DNA from: Bdellovibrionota bacterium
GTDB lineage: Bacteria; Bdellovibrionota_C; UBA2361; CALJRW01
Assembly (NCBI GenBank): GCA_041740355.1
Contig: JBGSMD010000063.1
Span: 53,002-117,001 of the forward strand
DNA: 64,000 nucleotides
Direction of reading: 5' to 3'
Shown here: in pieces, positions 29,709 through 38,813 of the stretch
How positions within the stretch are numbered: position 1 is the first letter of the stretch
How the letters are laid out: each line of letters starts with the position of its first letter
Notes under the pieces: generated by a model
Told to the model about the DNA's origin: nothing
Database searches by the model: none
What the model saw: only the letters and a program-made list of their open reading frames with translations
Position numbers and translations under genes: made by a program

Positions 29709-30686
29709 ATGAAAAAATTTGTTCTGGGTATCTTTTTTACTTCCTTGTTATTCGCAACTAGCGCTTGGGCTTGCGACCCTTGCGCAATATTTAATGCCGC
29801 TAGGCTTGATGGACATGAGCCCAACAGTTGGCGAGTTTCACTAGGAGAGCAGTATACTAATTTTAAAAAAGGGAAAAGTTACCCAGAAAATTCCTTTCGC
29901 AATAAGGAGTTGGTTAAAGGATTTAGTAATACCCAGTTTGCTCTGTCCTATGATTTTAGTGAAGTTTTAGGACTACAACTAAGTATTCCCTTAATCTCTC
30001 GCTATGTTGAAGAAATCAAAGACTATCAAACTTCCAACAATTGGGATGCCGGCCTTGGTGATATTAGTCTAATAGCTTCTTACTCCCCAGTTCATATTAA
30101 AAAGTTAGACTGGACAGTGCTAACTGGTGTTTCTGCTGGAATAAAATTACCGACTGGAGACACAGGTGTATTAGAAGAAATTAGTGCTGACCCAGATGCG
30201 CAAGTAAAAGCTCAGTTTTTAAAGCACCACCCAGTTGGCTCTACCTCTGGTGGACGCGCCTTAACTTATGGATCAGGATCTTATGATTATATCATGGGAG
30301 CAAACAATTTACTTCGATATCAAAACTTTTTATTACTAAGCAATATTCAATATACGATCCGCACTGAAGGTGATTTTAATTACGAATTTGATAATGATTT
30401 AATTTGGGCCGTACTTCCAGCCTACTATCTTTTATTAGAACATGACTACACTGTGGCTAGTGGTCTAGGCCTTTCTGGCGAACATAAAGGTAAAGATCGA
30501 TTAGCTGGTAGCGAACTTGATGGTTCAGATATTTCTAATATCTACTTAGGACCTGAGTTAATCTTAAGCTTTAAAGGTAAATATTCTGCACAAATTGGAT
30601 TTGATTTTCGGGTCTCCAATAAAGATCGCGAAGCCGATATTGTGCCGGAGAATAGAGTACGAGCCAGTTTGGCTTATCGTTTTTAA
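29709..30686 (+). CDS. Outer-membrane beta-barrel protein (putative)
   Basis: Signal peptide MKKFVLGIFFTSLLFATSAWA. Alternating amphipathic strands. C-terminal ...LAYRF aromatic terminus. Confidence 0.5.
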   Translation: MKKFVLGIFFTSLLFATSAWACDPCAIFNAARLDGHEPNSWRVSLGEQYTNFKKGKSYPENSFRNKELVKGFSNTQFALSYDFSEVLGLQLSIPLISRYVEEIKDYQTSNNWDAGLGDISLIASYSPVHIKKLDWTVLTGVSAGIKLPTGDTGVLEEISADPDAQVKAQFLKHHPVGSTSGGRALTYGSGSYDYIMGANNLLRYQNFLLLSNIQYTIRTEGDFNYEFDNDLIWAVLPAYYLLLEHDYTVASGLGLSGEHKGKDRLAGSELDGSDISNIYLGPELILSFKGKYSAQIGFDFRVSNKDREADIVPENRVRASLAYRF

Positions 30687-30687
30687 A

Positions 30688-30916
30688 CTCTCCACAGATG
30701 AAATTTGCGGAGGGCGAGCGTAGTCTTAGCTTGTTTATCGGACGTAGCATTTGCGAAGTCTGAAACCAAGTTACGCCGTAGAAGACAAAACTGATACTCA
30801 CCGCTCTTTGTGCATTCGGTTTAGTATTATTTTCTCCGGCAAAACCCTTTTTGCAACAGGATTTTACTCGCTCACTTTGCTTTTCATTTTTTCTCAAAAA
30901 TGAAAAGCGGTGAGTA
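30688..30916. repeat. Structured MITE-like repeat, copy B (about 230 bp)
   Basis: Shares these blocks with the 37861 copy: 5' hairpin ccctccgca...tgcggaggg, conserved gacgtagcatttgcgaagtctgaa, atactcaccgct ... agcggtgagtat inverted repeats, and a 12-bp AT hairpin cttttcatttttt/aaaaatgaaaag. Confidence 0.6.
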
Positions 30917-31333
30917 TATAGTATCGTTTTCAATCTAGTCGCTTGGTATATTAAATGCGTAGCACTTGTAGCGACCCTAGGGGGGTGCTTAGGTTAAAAT
31001 GCTTATTGCATAAGCATTTTAACTTGGGAAAACAAATATACTATAGTCATCCCAATAAATAATTTCCGCTAGGAAATTATAAAACAGATCATGACTATAG
31101 AAGCGACCAGCGGGAGCCAAAAGATAAATAGTAAACCCAACTTTAAAAAACAGAGTTAAACCATCGGTTTATCTATAAACTTAGATCCTTAAATTACTTC
31201 AGGGTAAAAAAAATAAGGGTCAGCAAAAGTCTTAGTTAATCTATTTATCGGAAATCTATTTTTGGGTTTACTATATAATCCGAGATACGCAAAAAGTAAT
31301 TCCCAATGGAAATTACTTTTTGGGCTCACTATA

Positions 31334-32221
31334 CTAAAAAATAACTGCTGGATCACGTCGATAAACACGCTCTTGTTCTAATAAATAATTTTCATCTCCA
31401 GCTAGGTTAACAATCTGACGCATGACATCGCGATATTCTGATTTCTGATCACTGCTTAATAAAAAAAGATTTTGTCTTAGCTTAGACTGAGACTCTCTGT
31501 TGTAAGTGATTTGCTGTCTTATTTGCTCTAACTTTTCAATTCTTTCAGCTTTATCCATCGTCATCAAATCGACAATACCATCAATCAGGATTCCTGCCGC
31601 TTTAGCCGTAGATTCTTGTAATTCTCTTCTTTGAAGAAAACTACCAATCTCTTTTGAGTACTCTTCTCTTAGTTGTTTTGTGTTTGAACCAAATGCTTCG
31701 AGTGGAATGACTAAAGTATATCTTTCTGATAAATCAGAAAATGCCGTTAATAATTTATTTATTTCAAGTAAATTATTATAAATTAATTTTTTTAGTTCAC
31801 CAGCAATACTGGCATCCATTAACATTATCTCAGAAATTTCAATTAATTTTTCTGGATTAGAAGTCGCTCTTTGAATACTCTTAGCAATCTCTTCAAAGTC
31901 ATTTCTACTTAATAGATCCTTTAAACGCTGAGCCTCAGCGGGACTATCTGCAATAACTTCTAAAATTAATTTTAAGTTTTCGGGGTCCATTTTTCGTAAA
32001 CTCTCTCCGCGATTATTGGTAAGATAAGTGACAGCTTCACGTAAATTATCAAAATTTCTGTTAAGATTCTGTAAAGTTTCCTCAGTCGTCTTACGATCAA
32101 CCACAGTAAAATGATCCTTGGCATTTGTTAATTCGCGCACTAAGTTATTAAGCCCATCCTGCTGGATAATATCGCGTGGATTTAGAGTAGGGTTTCTTTC
32201 TTGTTGGATCGGATTTGGCAT
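31334..32221 (-). CDS. Hypothetical protein (295 aa, helical/charged)
   Basis: ORF. A palindrome aaaagtaattccc-aat-gggaattactttt lies directly 3' of the stop. Confidence 0.45.
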   Translation of the reverse strand: MPNPIQQERNPTLNPRDIIQQDGLNNLVRELTNAKDHFTVVDRKTTEETLQNLNRNFDNLREAVTYLTNNRGESLRKMDPENLKLILEVIADSPAEAQRLKDLLSRNDFEEIAKSIQRATSNPEKLIEISEIMLMDASIAGELKKLIYNNLLEINKLLTAFSDLSERYTLVIPLEAFGSNTKQLREEYSKEIGSFLQRRELQESTAKAAGILIDGIVDLMTMDKAERIEKLEQIRQQITYNRESQSKLRQNLFLLSSDQKSEYRDVMRQIVNLAGDENYLLEQERVYRRDPAVIF

Positions 32222-32357
32222 AGAGTTAGTGGGGCAAGAGTATACTTAGAATTACTATCACCATTTGTTAACAAATTGCTTCAGCTTAGGAATTAAACAA
32301 GAGCCAGCAAATATCTAGGATATACAGATACTTATAGCGTTTAGAAACTCTACAAGC

Positions 32358-33110
32358 TTACTTTTTGAGTTCTTTAGTTGGTAGGAGCTTTTGACTAAGG
32401 CCATCTAATTCCTTATTAAGGCCAGTCGGAGTTAATAAATCTTTATTCAGTAGGATAAATAATTTCTCAGAAAGCTCTACCAAACTTTGTTTCTGTAATA
32501 TGTCTAGGCCCAGATGAGCGGTCTCTTGTCCCACATCTTTGTGGTTCAATCGAAGTAGAATTTGAAACTGCCCAACTCTAGTTAGCAGTCTTTTTGATGC
32601 TTGATACTGCTCAGCAATTGTTTTTCCAGAGCAAGCAGTTAAGCCAATTAAATTATCATCAACTTTTCCTAAACGTCCAAGCTCACGTTCGTCACCTACT
32701 CCACCGCCCCATTCTTCTACGGCAAAAGTAACCGCTAAACTTTTTTCCGGTAGCGGCGCATTGCGATCTTTGTTTTTGGCAATTGTCGCCCCAAACATAT
32801 AACCATCGCGCGTACTATGGCCAACAGCTCTCCATGATACAAGAAATGGAGAAACACAGAACCAACCCTTTCCTTGCTTTTCAATCGAAAGAAAAAACTC
32901 CCAAAGCGAATTGAATTCATCTTTTAACATTTGAAAATGCTCTGACCAAAGAGCATAGTTTAAACTTAGATCCTCTTGCATGTTTTTTAAACGTTGCTCT
33001 TCGGAGACATTCATCATGTCTAAAAGATTAGCAAACTCTTGTGTTGGAGATCGACGGCGAGTGAGATTTTTTATACTATTAATTAGATCTTTGGTTTTTG
33101 ATTCACTCAT
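32358..33110 (-). CDS. Hypothetical protein (250 aa)
   Basis: ORF only. Confidence 0.45.
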   Translation of the reverse strand: MSESKTKDLINSIKNLTRRRSPTQEFANLLDMMNVSEEQRLKNMQEDLSLNYALWSEHFQMLKDEFNSLWEFFLSIEKQGKGWFCVSPFLVSWRAVGHSTRDGYMFGATIAKNKDRNAPLPEKSLAVTFAVEEWGGGVGDERELGRLGKVDDNLIGLTACSGKTIAEQYQASKRLLTRVGQFQILLRLNHKDVGQETAHLGLDILQKQSLVELSEKLFILLNKDLLTPTGLNKELDGLSQKLLPTKELKK

Positions 33111-33263
33111 AAATTATATCTTGCTGCTGGTCTATGTCTAGGAATGAAAGTCCTTATAATCTTATAACAAGAGTGCCATTATTTTACTAGTTAAGCTATC
33201 TTATGGTGCCAAGGATTGGCTCAAATTCATATTGCTTAATATCTACAAATTGCTAATCTAATA

Positions 33264-33620
33264 TTGCCTCCACTCTACTGGGCTCTGATTATGATGAGAA
33301 TTACTACTGGTTTACTAGACTTCGCCGATACTTGCTTTGGAGCAAAAGCTCATCGTGAGTTTGATCAAAAAATTTCCGAATTAAAAAAAGCATTTCCAGA
33401 GCCTTTCTCGATTGAAAGACGTAGGGAAGATGGAGAAACATTCATTCGAATTCAATTTGCTGAGCCTCACGATTCCAAAATAGATCTTGTTGAACTTGAA
33501 AAACAAATTAGAAAAGCAACGGGTAGCCTACCGGTTAGATTCGTATTTACTAGCTATCGTTCTATTTCTAAATTATTTGCAGAACTCGCAGCGCTAGCTC
33601 AAGATCCTAAACCTAATTAA
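33264..33620 (+). CDS. Hypothetical small protein
   Basis: ORF only. Confidence 0.35.
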   Translation: MPPLYWALIMMRITTGLLDFADTCFGAKAHREFDQKISELKKAFPEPFSIERRREDGETFIRIQFAEPHDSKIDLVELEKQIRKATGSLPVRFVFTSYRSISKLFAELAALAQDPKPN

Positions 33621-33623
33621 GAC

Positions 33624-35549
33624 TTAAAGATCTACCTCTAACCGATGTGCATTCTCCTGAATTAATTGAAATCGATCTCCTGTTTCCTTACCCAGTAAAC
33701 TTTCTAAGGAAGCATTAACTTCAAATTCATCAACAATATCAATCTGCAACAAGCTTCTTGTCTTTGGATCCAAAGTCGTAGACCAAAGTGTACTTGGATT
33801 CATCTCCCCTAGACCTTTAAAGCGAGTAACTGTAATTTTACGACTAGCAAACTTCTTTACCAACTTCTCTTTATCTTGGTCATTATAAGTCCAATGAGTT
33901 TCTTCTTTATTACCCACGCCTAACTTTACTCGGTAAAGAGGTGGTAATCCTAAATAAACATGGCCATTCTCAACAAGCTTCTTCATGTATTTATAAAAGA
34001 AAGCCATCAGTAATGTAGCAATGTGCATTCCATCCGAATCAGCATCGGTTAAAATAATAACTTTGGAATATCTTAATTTTTTCAAATCAAGACTCTCACC
34101 CATTCCACAACCTAGCACCGCGACAAGATCCATTAGCTCAATATTAGCTGTCACTTTATTACTAGCCGAAGCTACCGTATTCATCACTTTGCCGCGTAAT
34201 GGAAAAATAGCTTGAGTTTTACGATCTCGTCCTTGCTTAGCAGAACCACCCGCCGAATCTCCTTCCACGATAAATAATTCAGACTTATTTGCCTGAGTAC
34301 TAGAGCAATCGGCTAATTTTCCCGGTAAATTTAATCGTCTAGCTGCACCAATTTTTCTGGAGACACTTTGTGATGCCTGACGCGCAGCTTGTCGGGCACG
34401 CGCAGACAATGTAATTCTTTCAATAATTTGATTAGCTACAGCCGGCTGTGAGTTAAGAATGTTTTCTAAACTCCGAGCAACATTTTCCACCGGGGCTGTG
34501 ACTTCCACATTATTTAACTTATCTTTAGTCTGTCCTTGAAACTGTAATTGAGCAACAGAACCAGGAACATTAATGGAAACAATAGCAATTAATCCTTCGC
34601 GAAAATCATCTCCGGTTAATTTAATTCCTTTTAGTTTTACATCATGAACATTAATGTAATTACGAATAGCCTTTGACAAACCATTCTTAAAGCCATCTTC
34701 ATGACTTCCACCCTGAGGCGTAGGAATTCCATTCACAAAAGAAAGAATCTTACTCTGAGTTGATTCCGTCCAAGCAAAAGCTAACTCCACTTTGATACTT
34801 TGATTACTATCAAAATAAAAACTTTCCTTACTAATGGAAGTCATCTTATAACGCTCTAAAAGCATATCTAAATATGCTTTTACGCCATCTTGAAAACAAT
34901 AGGTTTTAACTGTAGCTGCGAGATTATCTTTATAAATAATTTTAAGCCCTTTATTTAAAAAGGCTTTAACTTCCACTAGATGCTCAATTTCAGAACTAGC
35001 AAATTTAGTTAATTTAAAAATTTCAGAATCAGCTTGAAAGTAAATTTTTGTTCCCGTTCTTTTAGTGGCAGTTCCTTTTTGCAACTTCGTCAAAGGCTTA
35101 CCTCGACTATACTCTTGAGTCCAAACAAAACCATCGCGAGCAACTTCAGCAATCAATTTAGAGGAAAGAGCATTAACCACCGAGGAGCCAACTCCATGTA
35201 ATCCACCAGCAGAGGCATAGCTATCGTCGGAAAATTTACCCCCGGCATGAAGTGTTGTTAAAATAATTTCCAGTGCTGGCTTTTTCATTTTTGGGTGGAT
35301 ATCAACGGGGATACCACGTCCATTATCAGCAATGCTGATACCTTGAGCATCTCGATCTAGCTCCACGATGATTTCAGTTGCATGTCCATTCATCGCTTCA
35401 TCAATTGAGTTGTCAAGAATTTCTTTTACTAAGTGATGTAAACCAACAGAGTCAGTTCCACCAACATACATACCAGGTCGGTGCCTCACTGGATCTAAGC
35501 CTTCTAAAACATCAATACTGGAAGCGCTATAATTTTTACTTTTTGTCAT
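33624..35549 (-). CDS. parE: DNA topoisomerase IV subunit B (ParE; GyrB-family ATPase/TOPRIM, short form)
   Basis: GHKL ATPase motifs (EILDNSIDEA, GLHGVGSSVVNALS). TOPRIM EGDSAGG. PLRGK. 641 aa with no GyrB insert, paired with a 752-aa A subunit. Confidence 0.75.
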   Translation of the reverse strand: MTKSKNYSASSIDVLEGLDPVRHRPGMYVGGTDSVGLHHLVKEILDNSIDEAMNGHATEIIVELDRDAQGISIADNGRGIPVDIHPKMKKPALEIILTTLHAGGKFSDDSYASAGGLHGVGSSVVNALSSKLIAEVARDGFVWTQEYSRGKPLTKLQKGTATKRTGTKIYFQADSEIFKLTKFASSEIEHLVEVKAFLNKGLKIIYKDNLAATVKTYCFQDGVKAYLDMLLERYKMTSISKESFYFDSNQSIKVELAFAWTESTQSKILSFVNGIPTPQGGSHEDGFKNGLSKAIRNYINVHDVKLKGIKLTGDDFREGLIAIVSINVPGSVAQLQFQGQTKDKLNNVEVTAPVENVARSLENILNSQPAVANQIIERITLSARARQAARQASQSVSRKIGAARRLNLPGKLADCSSTQANKSELFIVEGDSAGGSAKQGRDRKTQAIFPLRGKVMNTVASASNKVTANIELMDLVAVLGCGMGESLDLKKLRYSKVIILTDADSDGMHIATLLMAFFYKYMKKLVENGHVYLGLPPLYRVKLGVGNKEETHWTYNDQDKEKLVKKFASRKITVTRFKGLGEMNPSTLWSTTLDPKTRSLLQIDIVDEFEVNASLESLLGKETGDRFQLIQENAHRLEVDL

Positions 35550-35581
35550 ATCTATTTTTAATACTCTTACTAATTTGAAGC

Positions 35582-37838
35582 TTAATCTTCAATTCCTACA
35601 ACTTCTGATTTCACAGGTAATTTATTTCCCTTCAACCCACGACCAGTTTTCTTAATTTCTTTCAAACTGATCTTTTTATTTTTTAGATCTTTCATTACCA
35701 AGGTGATCTCGCGATCCTTACTCCAAGATACTGCTAAAGCTAATGAGTCTCCTTTCTTAAAACCCATTAAGCTGATTCCTACAGCCGGAGCATTTCGTTC
35801 TTGGACTTCATTCTTATTAATAGTTATGGCGTATCCTTCTCTGGAAATTAAGCTGATCAACTTATCTGGCTCAATGATTGTTCTGAGTTGATCTTCCCCT
35901 TTTAATTTCATGATTCGTTTACCATTACGTTTCACATCGGCTAAACCTTCAATTTTTGTTTGGAATCCTAAGCCATTAGAACTAATTAGAATAAATTCTT
36001 GTCCTTCGGCCAGATAGAACTGGTAATCATTAATATGTCCTAAATCTAAATCAGATAATAATCCGTAGCTGGAAACAATCTTTTCCCCATCTTTAAACTT
36101 CAGGTGTTTCTGAATTGGATCTCCATACCCGCTAGAAGAAGGGAAATCTGTCACAGCCATGCTGTAAACATTTCCTAAGCTAGTAAAGAATACAACTCGG
36201 TCAAGTGTATTTAGTGGATGAGCGACCAATAAAGAATCACCTTCTCGTAAGCGACTAACTACAGGGTCATTTCCTTGACGAATTCGTTTAATCCAACCAT
36301 CCGTACTAACTAAGGCAAAGACTTCTTCTTTGACAACAAAGTCATCAGCTTGAATTTCAAACTGGACGTGATCTTTCAGGATTTGAGATTTACGGTTATC
36401 ACCAAATTCTTTAGCAACATGTTCTAAGTCAGCTTTAACTGTTTCGGCAATTTTCTTAGCACTATCAAGGATTTTTTGAATCTCTGCTAATCTTTTTAAT
36501 TTCTCTTTTTGCTCAGCACGAATCTCTTCGATGTTAGTCCTAGAAAGTTGATAAATCCTTAAGTCAACAATTGAGAAAGATTGAATTTCTGTTAACTTAA
36601 AATGCGCCCGTAATTTTTCTGCAGCATCTGACCTTCCATCACTGCGGCGAACAATCTGAATAGCTTTATCTAGGTCAGCAAAAATCAAGACAAAACCTTC
36701 CAGGATGTGTAGCCGTGCTAGTAAATTTTTCTTTTCAAATTCCAATCGACGACGAACAATGCCTTTTCTAAAATCAAGGAAATGTTGCAACATTAACTTG
36801 AGCGACATTGGCATTGGCACAGTCACTTTATTTTTATCAGGTGCCAGTGCTGTTAAGTTCACATTAAAGTTCTGCTCTAGTGGAGTATTCTTAAACAGAT
36901 AGGCCATAACGTTTTGGACGTCTGAGTCAGCTTGCAACTCAAGTACTACACGGACATCGGTAGTTGACTCATCACGAATATCCACTAACTGTGGGACTTT
37001 GCGATTTATAATTAAATCAGCAATTTTTTCAACCAACTGAGATTTGTTAACCATGTAAGGAACACTTGTAATCACAATCTGTTTCTTGCCTCGGTTTTCT
37101 TTTTCCTCTTTCCAATCGGCACGCATCTTAATTGGACCACGTCCTGTTTCGTAAATCTCTTCTAGCTCTTTTTTAGTGTTGAGAATCTGACAGCCTGTTG
37201 GAAAGTCGGGACCTTTTAATGCTGCGACTAACTTAGAATTAGGCACTTCCGAATCTTCTAATTGTAATAATAAGGCCTTAACAACATCTCTTAAATTATG
37301 TGGTGGAATACTTGTTGCCATACCAACAGCAATTCCAGTAGCGCCATTTACCAATAAGTTTGGTAATCGACTTGGCATGACCACTGGCTCTTTCTTAGAG
37401 GCATCGAAGGTATCACGAAAATCAACTGTTTCTTGATCGATCTCTCCCAATACTTCTAAGGCAATTGGAAGCAATTTAGCTTCAGTGTAACGATATGCTG
37501 CTGCTGAATCTCCATCCATCGATCCAAAATTACCTTGCCCATCAACTAGGCAGTAACGCATGCTAAAATCTTGCGCCATGCGAACCATCGCTTCGTAACA
37601 GGCAACGTCTCCGTGTGGATGATAGTTACCAAGAACTTGCCCAACAATTGTTGCTGACTTTTTATAACTAGAAGTTGGTTTCAGATTTAAGTCGTGCAAC
37701 ATGGCATAAAGAATTCTTCTTTGAACAGGTTTAAGCCCATCACGAACATCGGGAAGTGCTCGCCCGGAGACAACACTAAGTGCGTAGGTCAGGTAACGAT
37801 CCTGTGCTTCCTGTCGAAAAGGTGTGCTAATAATAGTC
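35582..37838 (-). CDS. parC: DNA topoisomerase IV subunit A (ParC; GyrA family)
   Basis: Active-site region RYTEAKL and the GyrA-type N-terminal domain. The start is set at the internal Met MTIISTPF because the longer ORF extension reads into the repeat element. Confidence 0.75.
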
Positions 37839-37860
37839 ATATACTGCTTGGAATTGAATA

Positions 37861-38116
37861 AACCCTCCGCAGATAACTTGCGGAGGGCGAGCGTAATCTT
37901 GGCTTTTTTACCAGACGTAGCATTTGCGAAGTCTGAAGCCAAGTTGCTCCGTAGAAGATAAAACCAATACTCACCGCTGATTTGCGTAGGGTTTGGTAGT
38001 ATTTTCTTCAGCAAAATCTGTCTCCCTCTTTCGCCAAAGCTTCAGAGGACAATTCGCCAGGATTTTGCTCGTTCACCTTACTTTCATTTTTTATAAAAAA
38101 TGAAAAGCGGTGAGCA
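37861..38116. repeat. Structured MITE-like repeat, copy C (about 256 bp)
   Basis: See copy B. Lies between the parC start and sspB. Confidence 0.6.
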
Positions 38117-38296
38117 TCTTATAATAATATCAGATAGTTATAGCGAGGGTGAGCTCAAGCTTTAATTTTATGATGATCTTAATTTAAACAAGAAGACCTG
38201 TTCCGTAAAGGGGGTCTTACAAATAGTCTTAATTTCTCAAAAAACACTGCTACTTCATAATTTGAAAATACTAGCCATGTAGGTTAGTTTAGCCCT

Positions 38297-38788
38297 ATGA
38301 CATTTTCCAGAACGGATGAAAAATACCAGACTTTAGAGACTCACCTAAGCCAGGATCAGTATTTAATGGTACATCTAAACCCTACTTACCCTGGTGTTTT
38401 AATACCAGAGAATTTTCTTGCTTCACCAACTCTTACACTAAAGTTAAGTTATAATTTTCAAGGAGTTACCGTTATCACCCCAGAATTAATTACGGCAGAA
38501 CTTATGTTTAATGGTAAACATTTTTCCTGCCGAATTCCACTGGCAGCGATTTGGGGTTGCACAACTATTGCTGAGAAAAACTTCATTTGGCCAGAAAGTC
38601 TTTCAGCAAATTCCTATGAGAGTTTAGCCACAGAAATGGAAAGTATTAAAAAACCTAAGTTAGCTGTTAATAAACAAGAAGATATTTCTACACCCTCTTC
38701 TAATCTTAAGAAAATTGAATCTGATCCCAAGCAGGAGGAACCAGTAGCAGAAAATAAAAAACGTCCAAACCTCACTCGAATTAAATAA
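38297..38788 (+). CDS. sspB: Stringent starvation protein B (ClpXP adaptor SspB)
   Basis: SspB-like core (LNPTYPGVLIPENF...IPLAAIWGCTTIAEKNF), an acidic linker, and the C-terminal ClpX-binding tail RPNLTRIK, comparable to RPALRVVK. Confidence 0.65.
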   Translation: MTFSRTDEKYQTLETHLSQDQYLMVHLNPTYPGVLIPENFLASPTLTLKLSYNFQGVTVITPELITAELMFNGKHFSCRIPLAAIWGCTTIAEKNFIWPESLSANSYESLATEMESIKKPKLAVNKQEDISTPSSNLKKIESDPKQEEPVAENKKRPNLTRIK

Positions 38789-38813
38789 CCAATAGAAGAT
38801 AGCTGTTGAAGAA

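Noticed and set aside
30571-30933. 120-aa minus-strand ORF
   Set aside because: It lies entirely inside the structured repeat element, with low-complexity translation and no start context.
37839-38014. N-terminal 58-aa extension of the parC ORF
   Set aside because: The extension is a read-through of the MITE-like repeat copy C. The conserved GyrA/ParC N-terminus begins at the internal Met (MTIISTPF), so the true start is set at 37838.
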